The notes beneath the pieces are model-generated. The model was not told where the DNA came from. It was given only the letters and a program-made list of their open reading frames with translations, and searched no databases. DNA of 64,000 bases from Tubulanus polymorphus (taxonomy: Eukaryota; Animalia; Nemertea). The stretch lies in contig NC_134025.1 in the NCBI RefSeq assembly GCF_964204645.1, positions 11,842,001 to 11,906,000 on the forward strand, in the 5' to 3' direction. Both the position numbers and the translations under genes were made by a program. Position 1 is the first letter of the stretch, and every line of letters begins with the position of its first letter. This document shows, one piece after another, positions 39,200-52,300 of the stretch.

Positions 39200-39949
39200 A
39201 ATTAGACCGTTCTAAATGGGTCCCTACCTGGAACGGACGAAATTTAGGATGGGCCATATCATCAGAATGCTCCTTCACACGTGTTGCTAATTTGGCTACA
39301 GATGATTACAAATGGGCCCGCAAGATTTTGTCATGAGTATTTTACCCAGCAATTCATATCTAAATGATAGATTTTATAGAGAGAAATGATAGATGAGTCC
39401 CTGGCCGTTCGAAAATTATGATGAATGCAATTTATACCAGGACACATCAATCTATGGCAAATTCTAGGAGATTTTTGAAGCAATCCCTAAAAAGCTACTT
39501 CTTGAACAAAACACGCAATAGACAGGTTTTAAGACAATATTCTGTTAGCCTATCCATTAATTTTTAGGCTATATAATTCAAAGATTATAATATGAAATCG
39601 GAAAACTATATTAATCAGCTTGATGACGAATTGCTGATGATTTTATTACAATTGAATCCATAACGCAGAGTACAATTTAGAATGGACCAGGAACCATTCC
39701 TTTCCAAAACAAACATTTAAGCGGAGACGATCTGGCCCGGGCCAAATTGGCACGGATCAGTCTCGGGCCAAATGCTCGTGTGATCGCGGTTAGTCTGTTC
39801 CAAAATTTAGAAAAGACCTGGATCAGTCATTAAGGTCCTTCCAAATTTGAATGGAACAGACTTTTTGCTAGTGTGAATGCTTGGTCCGTTCTAATTTGGA
39901 AGGAGCCAAATTTAGACCGTTCTAAATAATGTAGAGTGAATGCGCCTTA
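39200..39949. mobile_element. Decayed Harbinger-like element(s)
   Basis: Repeated TTAGACCGTTCTAAAT motifs (39202, 39912), right termini GTGTGATCGCGGT-TA (39792) and GAGTGAATGCGCC-TTA (39949), and a possible transposase relic at ~39324-39498. Confidence 0.5.
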
Positions 39950-40756
39950 TGAATCAGATCTTTGAAAAATGTGTCTTTCCCCAGTGTTTAAGAATAGAAG
40001 TTTACCCGAGCCTACTCCATTCTTTTCTCAAAGTTTTGAAATTCTTTTCATTTCTTTTCGAAGTTTACCGATTTTTATCAACTCAAAGCTAATTGCAAAG
40101 ACAACACGTAGTCAGGTATGCAAACAGCCAACTTGCACATTTTAGGGAGAAAATTGGGATTTCAATCTTTTTAAAGTAGGAATTTTTAGGGATAATTGGG
40201 CTCACTCATATTTTAGGACATTATAGGACAATTTGAAGGTCCAAATTCCAAAATCATGAGATGTTTACATACTAACTATAGGTACCATACATAGGTCCGA
40301 TCAGGCCAGTAGGTTCAAACCCTTGCTCATTGACGGAGTTCCGCCCTGATACTGGTCAAAGAAAATCTGAGCATCAATTTCAAAAGATTCAATCACTCAT
40401 TGGTAACACTTTTTCATTCGTTTTTCGTTCAAAATATGCACTTGCTCCAAATCTTAGTCGACTTGAGGCCCAATTGTAAGAAAAAGAAGCCAAATTTTCA
40501 CCTCAAATATGCTTAAGTTGGAAAATTGCTTCTCTTTTTGCATCTCATTTACAAAAACTTTTTCGCAAGTACTCCCAGGACCCAACATTTGCATGGGCAC
40601 CTTACAAAAAGTTCCACAATGAAGAAAAAAAGAAAAAAGTTCCACTTTCATGAAAATTGAACCCCTCATAGACATGGCTAGATCTTTTGCATAGCACCGA
40701 GAGGCTTACCTCATGAGAAAAACATATAGGGTGTCTCCGAAAATGTGTGTTAGCCT

Positions 40757-40975
40757 GAACACGTCAGATCACTTACATCTGGTCTCTGATCAGTCTTAAC
40801 GATCCAAATAAAAGGTGGTTAAAGATTACCAGCGAATAGTTGACAAAGTGCCAATTAAAAGTTCATTGCTACTTTATTTATTTATCTGCAATTTATCTTT
40901 GATCAACTTTTGAACAACTGGACCAAGATCGTTAAGACTCATCGCAGACCAGATGTAAGCCGATCGGACATGTTC
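40757..40975. mobile_element. MITE with ~48-bp inverted termini
   Basis: GAACACGTCAGATCACTTACATCTGGTCT.TGATCAGTCTTAACGATC mirrored by GATCGTTAAGACTCATCGCAGACCAGATGTAAGCCGATCGGACATGTTC. Confidence 0.7.
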
Positions 40976-41650
40976 CATTTATGTACTCATGTCACAAAAA
41001 ATTCCAGACTGAAAAATCAACGACTGGTTGCCAATTCATCGATCAGTTCTTATGCGACTACAGGCATGTCGCTATCTTAGGTCCTCTCTCTTTTCCTAGA
41101 TCCACCCCAGTTACCGACTACCCCTCATCGATAAAGCAATTGTTTTACTTACCCTATTTCCTTCGTCGTCAACATTGGGAGATACAAAATAGTTTTATCA
41201 CAATAAACAGATATCTGAAAAATGTGAAAAGATAGGGGACTGCATAGTTTGCTGCATATTGTCAATGACTCAGGTATAGGCTCGCAATAAAAATCATTGC
41301 AAATTATGTACGTATGTAGGTTAGGCGTATCAGTATTTGAGATCCAAGTAGGCTACCACCAGTTGATCAAAGACAATAGAGCTTAGAAGTGATATACGTT
41401 CTAGCCTGGTATTCTTGCTTTCATCAAGGGGTCCAGTGACCACAGCTCGCCTTTTTGATACAAAAAAGGTCACAGGACGACCCTCCTGAGTTTTAATCAA
41501 CCCATTTTCTCTAATGCTGATGAGCCCTTGGGTGATACAATAATTTCCAGCTCAGTCGGCCATCTTGATTCTCATTAGGCCAGTTTTTGGGCTGAAGAAG
41601 GATAGATACACGTATTAACCAAAATATCATCTTCAAAACTTCCCAAAGTT

Positions 41651-42136
41651 ACGGACGGACGGACGAAAATTGAACGCAATAGCCTGCTGTGACCAAAGTC
41701 CCAAGTGGGCTAAAAATGAAATAGGGTCTCATCGGTACATCTCATGAATAAACAAATTGTAGGCTACATAATTTAACATTCAACTCCTCTCAGTGGCGCG
41801 AAAAAATAACTAGGTAGGGCTTATCATGATTCCTTGGTGATGAGATATCCTACGACAGTACAAGACTATAGGCCTGGATTAAAAACCTGTTTCCATACAA
41901 ATGAGACCGGACTGATGACACTTAAGATGGCCTCAAATTGCATGATAATTGACTAATCATAAAACCAATCATATACCAAACATCCATTCCCAAAGAAGTT
42001 ACCGTACCCATCATGATTTCAGCGAAAAATGGCAAGCCATTCTTAGGAACCTACAGGTCTTGGAATTAAATAAGATGGATGGCCGGACAAAAATGAATGC
42101 AATAGCCTGCTTGGACTTGAGTCCCAAGTGGGCTAA
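41651..42136 (+). mobile_element. Two Helentron/HINE-like 3' ends (GGAC microsatellite plus terminal hairpin)
   Basis: (GGAC)n-AAAA.TGAAYGCAATAGCCTGC...GTCCCAAGTGGGCTA at 41651-41716 and 42074-42136. A third copy is truncated by the window end (~63950-64000). Confidence 0.55.
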
Positions 42137-42835
42137 TAGTAACTACTACTTTGTGCATGTTTGTGCTGCAGCCAAACAACTTGCTCATGCTGCGTTTAGC
42201 AGCATAAATGGCTCCGCCTCGAGCACCAATGAGTGTGATACTAAACACACACCATGGAACGGCAAACAAAAAATTATAAAATCATTTTCAAATAATCAAA
42301 TCAAACAAATGGATTTAATGCAATTGCAGTAAACGTTTTTTTTCGGCCAGACTGCCACAGACAGTCACAAATAAGATGTGTAAAATTAAAAAATAACAAC
42401 ACTGCTACGGCGGTAGGCCTACAAATTATCTAAAAAAAGACCTAGGCAACACAACAACCCACCACCACCAGCGCAAATTGAAGACAATCGAATCTGTTTA
42501 CTTTAAAATGGAGACTTACCAAAAATACAGGAGACTAAAGCCCGAAAAATCGTAAGAAAAGCAACAGTTTTTCAATTAAATAAACCACATGTGCACGAGG
42601 TTTGTTTTTGTGACATCATGACATGTACATGTTACATGTAGCGCCACACACAACGCAGATCGGACACCGATCCGGACCAAAAAAGAAACGGTTTTATTTC
42701 ATCTTACAGGCGTTATTTTCTAACTTGGTGTCGAATTTTTTTAGATAAGTAATATTTCTTGACCACTCTATTCATCCTTTGTATGCTTTCATATCGGCAT
42801 CCGTATTTTGAAGCAATTCGAGATCGAGTGAGTTC

Positions 42836-42869
42836 GTTGCTCGGAAACAGCGTTAAACAACATGGCGGC
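42836..42869 (+). promoter_or_regulatory. CFAP65 core promoter: X-box and YY1-like motif
   Basis: GTTGCTCGGAAAC (42836-42848) and AACATGGCGGC (42859-42869), followed by a non-coding exon ending at TG|GTAAG (42945) and an acceptor at 43264. Confidence 0.65.
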
Positions 42870-43302
42870 GGAGCACTGGATTTTCTAGTTGATCTGTAGT
42901 AAAAGTTGATTTGAGAAAACCATTTATGACTTTGTTATATTATTGGTAAGAACTGCAAAAGATATCTGAAATAAGAATATTGTCTTTTTTAACCAGACTG
43001 TTAGGCCTATGTCATAACTTCAGTTGGCCTCAAAGCCTTAAATTGATAATTAATTGACCACCAATCCATGAATCATGAATCAAATGCAGAAAAATTGAAT
43101 TGATTTTTCATTGAAGACATAAAGAATGGCAATGTGTCAATATTTCAATGATAAATGATTTTAATCATTGTGATGTTGATTCAATGAATTATATGTTTTT
43201 GTTTTCATTGTTGGCCTTCATTGTTTCATTTCAGCAGGCCTATAGTTTTATTTCATTTTTTCAGAGGATTGTAACATAGTGATCGAAGATACAATATTCA
43301 TA

Positions 43303-46300
43303 ATGCCTGGTATCGTTGCACTGCCGAGCAACAAAACTTGTTGTTTTGGAATCGAAGTTGTCACCGGAATTACGTGGCAGGGCTGGGAACCGGGGAAAGA
43401 GTACACTAGAAATCTCACCCTGAAAAATGTAAAAACGAAAACTCAGAAACTAAAATACAGGTAGGTACAAATTAAGATAATCATTTTGTCGTAAACGGAA
43501 ATCTTTCGTCTCCAGTCCCAGAGTTTCATTTTCATTTTCTAAACCGTTCAACTCTCGAGTCAAATTTCAAACCGGGAGTCATGCCAACAGTACGGGTTTA
43601 GATTTTACAAACATTGGAAATAAACTAATTTTAACTCTTAACTGACAACTGTGGAACTACACTAATGTCTATTTATTAATTGATGAGACCTGTTTTTCTG
43701 GGATATTTTGCTTACTTTTTGGGGTACATACCTCATTTATGTCTTAACAGAATGCCAAAAATCGCGGACAACAACTGAATATCCGATATATTTCCAGTTC
43801 TGTACCAATTAGATGGATTGGCAAAAAGACTCCTTAAGTCCAGTTGAATGAGAGAGAAAATCCTCCATTTTGTCAAATTTCTTGGATTTGAACATTGTTA
43901 CCATGCCTACGCCACCCTGATTTAGTTGTTGAGACCCCACAAGAAAAATAACTTCATTTCGTAGGCATGGTCACAATGTAAAAATTCAAGAAATTTCACA
44001 AAATGGAGGATTTTCTCTCTCATTCAACTGGACTTAAGGAGTCTTTTTGCCAATCCATCTAATTGGTACTGAACTAGAAATATATCGGATATTCAGTTGT
44101 TGTCCGCGATTTTTGGCATTCTGTTAAGACATAAATGAGGTATGTACCCCAAAAAGTAAGCAAAATATCCAAGAAAAACAGGTCTCATCCATTAATAAAT
44201 AGACATTAGGCCTACTGGATACTGAAATAATTTTCATTGTTAGGCCTAAATCAAAGTCACTTTTCTATAAAGTTCCTACAGTGGAGCATCTTACGTGTTC
44301 CATTGAATACCCCTTTCTAAAGTATCGTCGCATCTGTACAGCGTTGTTCATTTAACCCTTTCAGTGCTGACTTAATAATACCCTATAGTGCTGAAGATAA
44401 TTTGAAAATTTTGAAAAATTTCAACCTAGTGTGCTGGATAACGGGAATACCGCTGTAGTGCGTAATACACCGCGGCACGGTGTATCGTTAGTTACTAATA
44501 TTTCACTATGTTTGACAGGTGCTGCCATCTTTCAATAGAGATAAAAACTAATTACTAATTACATCAATACACCGCCGTGCGGTGTACTAGCAAAATCCAT
44601 CACCAAATTATACACCGCACTGCGGTGTAGATGCACTGAAAGGGCTAATAGGGCTATGCTATACACCGGTAGTCTCTTAAAAACCAATAATGGGTTATCT
44701 GTTTGATGTTTAAGAAATCAAAGCTCCAACGCAAGAATTGATATTACTGATACTTTCTTATATTTCTTTTCATCTATTCCAGTGTGCCGGGGACAAGGTT
44801 TTTTTCGACCCTTTATCCACAACCAATTTCGCTAAGTGCCGGTACAAGTTTCACTTTACCCGTTACCTTCCGTCCACTAGAGAAAAAGGTCTATGATGAC
44901 GAGATAGAATTCAAGACTAAAGTAAGTTTAAGTGGATATTCTTATATTCAGAACCTGGTTGTTTGCAGGCTCATTGTAGGGTCAGATAGAGTCAGAGTGT
45001 GATCTAACAGTCTTGTTAGATTCAACCCTGAAATGGAATTGTATACTCTGATTTAAGGAGTTTCAAAGTTAAAAATTTAACCCAGAATTGCAGAACTGGG
45101 TCCAGTATTTGGGTCTTCACTTTAATTAGTTATTGAGAATATGATCAATGAAGATGCTGGTTAATTTCATTCAAGGATGGTATTTTCAAAGTGCCGATCA
45201 AGGCTGTGTTGCCAGAATTTGACATTCAAATTCCGGAGCTCATCGACATGAAAATGTGCGCAGTTCAAGACTATGTCGAAGCAATATTTGAAATGAAAAA
45301 TAACAGGTAATGTCTTTTCAATTTCTAAACAGTTTCAATACATACAAAATCCTTCGAATGTCATTATTGACCTTCCAGCTAGGATAAAACCTAACTGCCC
45401 TAACCCAAGTACTCCTACTATGATTCAGAAAAATGAATCCATCATGTAGGATGTCACCACATTGAAAACCAGTGAAAGTCAGTGAATGACATTAGGCCAA
45501 ATAAAAAAAATTAGTTGTTTATCGTCCTTTTTTTCAAAAAGCTTGGGTCACCCGGGAGGTTTTTTTTAAAATTTTTTATTTTAGATCGAGTGTTGTACAT
45601 GATATACGATTGATATAATAAAGCATATTTTTCATCGACTGGAAGTGTGGCGCCACAAGCAATACAAATACAATTCAATTCATAGAACTTTATTAACTTA
45701 GATTTTAAAATCAATCTAAATATGCTCCACAACCGGAAATCCACGCTGTGTACGCTCCATAACCGAATAATGACTTCAATTTGTTATTCAATGAACGTAC
45801 TTCGTCGATCTATAAATCGTTTTGTTTGCTGCTATACTGTCCTACAATCGACATGAAAGGTTAGCTATGGCAAATATTTTCGATTGGAACCAAAATAGAA
45901 CACAATAAAAAAAAAAAATTGGGTCGGGTATTTTTCGTAGGGTAGGGCGGGGACGATAAACAACTAATCTTTTTTATTTGGCCTTATAATATGAAGAGGC
46001 AGCCATCTAATCACGAATAAATTTGTTTGAAGTAAAGTAAACTAATGATTTCATTTTTAGCGAGCTTCAGACACCATTCCATTGGGATAGTGAGCAACCT
46101 TTTTTGATTGAACCAAATTCTGGGGTTATAGATCCTTGGACAACGCTGACCTTGAAGGCTACTTTTAGACCAAAAGTGAGTTGTGCGGACGGTAAAGTAT
46201 TGCTTTAACCCTGGATCCTTTTACCGGGGTAATCTTTATCCTTGGTTTATCATATCATTGTAGTACCTTAGACTCCTCACACCATGAATCAATTGGGATC

Positions 46301-49300
46301 AGTGTTTTTTGTTCGGGTGAGGATTCCACCATTAAGAATCAATGTTTCAGAGGAGGATCTAGGGGCAAGATCTGAGGGTCTTGCTGAATATTTCTTATGG
46401 CAAATGAATAAGAAAAGGGTATTTGACCCCTTGTCAGAATTTCTGATAAAAGTTTTGCCTTAGTTTACCAGAAATTGCCCTTTTAGATTTTCAAAATTTA
46501 TGGTAGTCATCACCATAGATTTCATAGATTATGAATTTAACTTACCTCGAATTGATGAAGCCAGTTCATGTAGATTATGGTTTCGTCAAGTTTTGACAAT
46601 TTTAGGAGATTCAAAATATCATCCACTTTTTTCATTTCATATAAGAGCGCAAAAGTCTATCATTTGAGTGCAGTTTGTAATTATGGAGTGGAGTTCTCTT
46701 ATTCAAAAACTACTACATTTGAAGGAATAGGTAGGTACATCATATTTCATGAACACCTATGTTTTAAGGATGCAATAAGAATAATGCCATGGCTTCGTAT
46801 ACCCGGTATCTCATTATAGGTAAATACCCTCATTTGTTGGTTTCATCCAGTGGAAAAGCATCGCTTGACTTAGATCATGACAAGTCGGAAGCAATTGTCA
46901 GTTTCGGCGATATTCCTATCGGGCATATGACTGAAAAATGGGTTGAACTGCATAATCTATCACCCGTGAGTTTTCATTTAGATGCTTGAAAATTTCAGCA
47001 AAACACTGCACGCTTATCTAATCATTTTGTCTTATGCTTTATTGGCAGGTGAATGCCCCATTTAGAATTGAGCATCCAGCCGGGCCGAATAGAATTGATA
47101 CAGTGTTCGCTTGTCCGCAGAAAAATGGGATCGTTCCGGCAATGAGTGCTATCAGGATTCCTGTAAGTTGACCTTGAGTCACAATTTTTTTAAAAACTGT
47201 GATACTATGAGAATGAATTGTATCAATTAAAACGTGCGTAATCATGTGAATTGAAGTCTTGTGTCTCTCTCTTTAGAACTGACCATTCAATTGAATTCAT
47301 CACCAATTGAAACATCGATTATTGATGTAGTTAGTTCCTCACATTTCATAATGTATTGAGAGAATGATTTTTCTCATCTTTACCATAAAGTTGACGTACA
47401 CGCCTCACATGGTAAATCTTACCAGTATTGACTATTTCCATGTTATTGCTATCGGAAATTTGAGCAAGACAGTTATCAAATGTGTTGGCTCTTCAGTTGG
47501 TAAGTTAGAATATGTTAGCCAAATCATGAAAAGTCTGCACTCATCATTGTAACCAGCATGATTTTGTTTTGCTTTGAATAGGACCCAAAGTTCGTTTAAG
47601 CTCGAGCGTGATCAATTACATACAAGTCGACTCTGGAACGAGCAAAACAAAAACCTTTGAAATCATTAACGATTCTGATGTTGAAGCAACTGTTCAGGTA
47701 TACAAATTTACATAATTGGATCAATTTGATAACTCCATTGTTGAAAAATTGATTATATAAATACTGTCATAATTGTTACTGTGTTAATTGATGTCTGAAT
47801 GAATCGATAGTTTTCTAAACTAATAAGAACATCACCACATTAGAAGTCTTTTAGGAGTCTGACACGTGAATTTCAATGTTTTCATGTGGTGAATACCATA
47901 TTTCTTCATTCAAGTTCCAACTTGACTGCAAAGAAAGCGTTTTCAAGTTTAGTAAAACAAGTTTTGTGATAAGTGGCAAATCAAGCGAAACAGTTATCGT
48001 TAAATTCCAACCCATTCATCCGATCAACTACTACAGACAGATTACATGTATCGTAAATAATCAGGTAATTTTTTTGCCGGGACTGCTTATTTTGTATCAA
48101 ACCATCTAATTTACTAAGTCATCTGTTCCTCTTTGGGAAGATACATCTTTTTGATGAATAAAATGCTTATTGAAAGAATAAACCATTGCTATAGATTCAT
48201 GCCTGTGTATATGGGGTGAACTTAACCTTTCTAGTTCTTCTTTCATTCAACCCATTCACTTATTGTACAATTTCATATTCTAGGGTCCATTAACATTGGA
48301 TTTACTTGGCACCTGTCATACCGAACAAGGAAAGCCCGCTGTCCTGCAAAACAAACATATCGATAGGTACCAAACTCATAAGGAAAGGGGACTGTCTATG
48401 TTTCCACCAGAGGTAAATTGTATATATATTATACAGTTTATAATATACATTGTATTTAGAAATGAAACATTTAAAGTAACATCGCATACGGTTACCAGTA
48501 TATTATTGCAGTTCATCTGCTGGCTTATGACTGACGCATGTTTTGTTTCAGCAACTGAATGAAATGTTCAAATCGGGAAAGTTAGAAGTTGATAAAAATG
48601 GTAGCCTTATGTACAAAGAAGTAAGATAAATACCTATTGTAATTACAGTACAAATACGCTAACATGTTTAGAAGAATAGCGCTGTGTATATAAAATTTGT
48701 ATTCCTCCTACAGGCAGAAGCTATGGAACCGTTTTGTCAGCCGGCTCAGAAAATTCCACCTTATGATTTTTTCTTCAACGATGGTTATCATTCTGATACA
48801 GTGGTGAGTTCACGCTTTATTCATCTTTCAGAGATTTGCCAAGAACCTCATGATGGAGCCGTAGATACTAAAAATCATTCCTGTCACAGCTACCTTGTTG
48901 ATGAGTTTCAAATAGCTGAAGTTTTGTAGCATTTTAACATAGTTTTTCCTTTAATCAAAAATATTTTCTTAAATTGAAAGTTTTTTGATTTTTAAACCAA
49001 TGTTATTGAAGTTTATTATTAGCCCCCACTTGAGGGAATACTGACAAGGAATACTCTCTCAAACTGTCTATTCATGGTTGAATTTCAGCACGCTATACCT
49101 CATGTTAGTACTGATACTATCAATATGGATTTTGGGAACTGCACGCATGAACTACAGTACATTGAACCAAAAAGCATCTGTTTGACTAACCATACAAAAG
49201 GCAAAATTACCGTTACCTGGATGGGAGGTATGTACAGCTAAGGACTCTCTTTCACAACGCACATGTCTGTCCATAATTGTAATTTTTGTAGATCTATAAA

Positions 49301-52300
49301 TACCCCACATCCTATTACGGTTTTGATATGAAATTATTTTATTTTGATATAGGGCCTGATCATGTATTTTCTGTGCAGCCACAAACAATGGATATTCCAC
49401 CATTGAAATCGGCATCATTCAGAATTAGTTTCAAACCGGTACGTACAAGTAATGAATAACTTAGTATTATGCAATTAGTTCAAAGTTGGTCTGAGATAAA
49501 ATGAATATAACTAAACTTGTACCTTATTCCCTAATATCGGTACTAGGAGTGGATCCAATCTTATAGAGCTACTATCGACTAGGAGCAAAAGCTTTTGATT
49601 TCTGATAACATCAGTTAACCTACAGCACAACCAATTTTAGCTGTCTAGGAATTTATTATTCCCAGCGTGCTATTGCGTTATCTATTGTTTGTCCATAGAT
49701 AGCATTCCAGTTATTTTGGGAAGTTTTAAAGAAGTTTCACTGGATTGCCTTGATATTTTGTTTATACATTTATCTACCCTAACACATCTGCAGCCCAAAA
49801 ACTGGCCCAATCAGAATTAATATGGCCATCCCACGACCTTTGCTGCCCAAAAAGGTCATTCTTGGCCTGAATTCAGATGGCCATAATAACCCTGGACCCC
49901 TTGTTGTTAATGTTGATCGATTTACAAACTGATGTTGACTTTACAGTGATCCTATTTTCTAGTCTGCGTCAAATACGTTTTTCGGTGCTGAATTGGAGTG
50001 TTTTGCTTTCTACAAAAGTTTAAGAGATTACCGGCTGGTTGAGGATTTGACACATTCTCCGCCATGGTGTGTTACTGTTACCTGTACTGGTAAGTAAGAT
50101 CTGACAATAACTATTGGAAACGAATGAATCATTTTCTTATATGATGATGGCGAAAACAAAAAAAAGTTTGGTTTGTTTTAAAAAAGTGTTCCCTTTGCAA
50201 ATTCCTGGTTCAAAAGGAATCAGTGAAAAAAATGGGGGAAATAGTTTTAGCAAATTTTGTTTTATAAAGAAAAATAGTGCACATAATAACCACTCGAAAT
50301 AGCTCGTGAAAATTGCCTTGTCTGGAATTAGTTTGGGCTTTCTCAAAAAGTTCTATTTGCTGTTGATCCTAATTAACCTATGTTGTACCTTCATTTTGAA
50401 TATTTTAGACTCTCATCCAGCTTGATGACTATTTCTCACTCTATTACTGTGATTTATGTATTTAGGGCAAACTTTCCAAGCTGGAAACGAAACATTTTTG
50501 CCGCGTTATTCGTTAGATTCGGCTTCACTCGTATTCCCGGCTGTGAATGTCAATGATGCCACATACAGGACAGTGACCTTGAGGAACACCGGAAATAACC
50601 CTATATTGTACAACTTCGAAAAGGACCCTAATGGGTAAGTGACCATCTAATAAGCTTAGGATTTTTTTAGAAATCTAGATTAAACATAGCATACATTCGT
50701 GTTGATAATAGCTGGATGTGATCAAGCTCCAGATTAAACTGATCTTACCTAGATTAAGTGGGTTTGACTGCACTGAGCTTATGTCAAGATCTTTTTCTTT
50801 TTTAATAGAATATTCTCTGTGAAACCCTCTCAAGGACTGCTGACCGATGAATTGCAGATTTTTGTCATTAAGTGTGTACCAAATACGGTGAAGGTTTTTA
50901 AGAATTCTATGAAACTGAAACTAAACGATGCCAACAAAAATGATGTGGTCAGTTTACCGTATTATACCAAGATTGACAATTTCCTCCAATTTTTTACGTT
51001 CAGTATGAACGGTTTATTGTGACTGGAGTATCATTTATTTGATTATTCTAGGATATCACATTGTTTGGGTCAGCTGAAACTCCAGATGTTCTGCTCGATA
51101 GCGATGGTGTTATGTACTTCAAACCAACATGTGTCGGCACAAATTCTCGAAGGCAATTTAGCGTCCGGAATGTCTCTAGAATTCCTATCAGGTATAATGG
51201 CAATTTGTTGCATCTTTTTTATGTACAAATCTTGTGTCTGTTATACAAAAAATCCGATGCATCTCAACGCTATAAATGTATTGTAAATGTATTTTTCCTG
51301 TCTTTTTTCAGATTTGAATGGCATCTAACGCACGAAGAGTCAAAAGTTCTCAGTGTTGAACCGCGTTGTGGCATCATTCAGCCAAATGAAATACAGCCTC
51401 ATTTATGGACGTTTACCCCCCGAGAGCAAAGCAAAATGGTCCTGAAACCAAACTTGGTTGTCTGGGGCCAAGGACAAAGCAACAAATGCTCTGGTGGTAA
51501 GAAAAGAAAATTTCCTGTTCGTGTGATCGGCGAGGGACTTACTGGTGATATTCAGGTAAGTTCAAGGCTTAAAAGTTAAAATAGATTTTACAGATAAAGT
51601 AAAATACATGTATTGTGTATTGTGTCTTGTACATTTGGAATGTATCCTATGCATTCAATGGTAAAGGTATATTGTAAAGAGGATAAAGAGGTATTATTTT
51701 ATTAATAGGCCACATCTGTTCTGTTTTACTTCCATAAAGTATATCAATTATACCATATGTATTCTTAGGCTGATGAGCAATATGTTGACTTTGGCAACGT
51801 CGTTGTTGGAAGTTCTCAAACAAAATCATTCACAATATTCAACAACAGCAACTGTAATTTGGACTACAAATTACATATTGAGCAGAATATCGAAGGTCCG
51901 TACCCGGAATCACAGACGAAAGGAGATCCAGTTGGTACGTATGTGATCACGTCACCGGAAATCTTTTATATTTGATAGCGTTTACAATTTAAAAACTACA
52001 TCAAATGGAGTCCGAGTTTTATAGTGACAGTTGTCAACCTTGTGTGAAAAACTGGATTGACCTGAGGGTTTAAAGTTTTATTATGACACTTAATCAAAAA
52101 ATCCAATGAAATTTACCAACTAAATAAATAACAGGGACAATCCCTATTTTAAGATTTAAGTTTTATTATGTTGGTTGTCAACTAAGTTCCGCGGATGAGA
52201 ATCAAATCTGACTGAATTTGAAAGTTTTCATTTATTCATATATCAGTACATGTACCGGTATATCAAAATCTAGAGAGAGTCAGATATCTCCATAATAACT

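Noticed and set aside
41510-41580. Hammerhead-like CTGATGAGCCCTTGGGTGATAC
   Set aside because: The GAAA core reads GATA, with no valid stem III or cleavage site.
42618-42641. Tandem ACATGT motifs as a p53/p73 site
   Set aside because: The half-site flanks are poor, and TACATGT motifs are common throughout the window.
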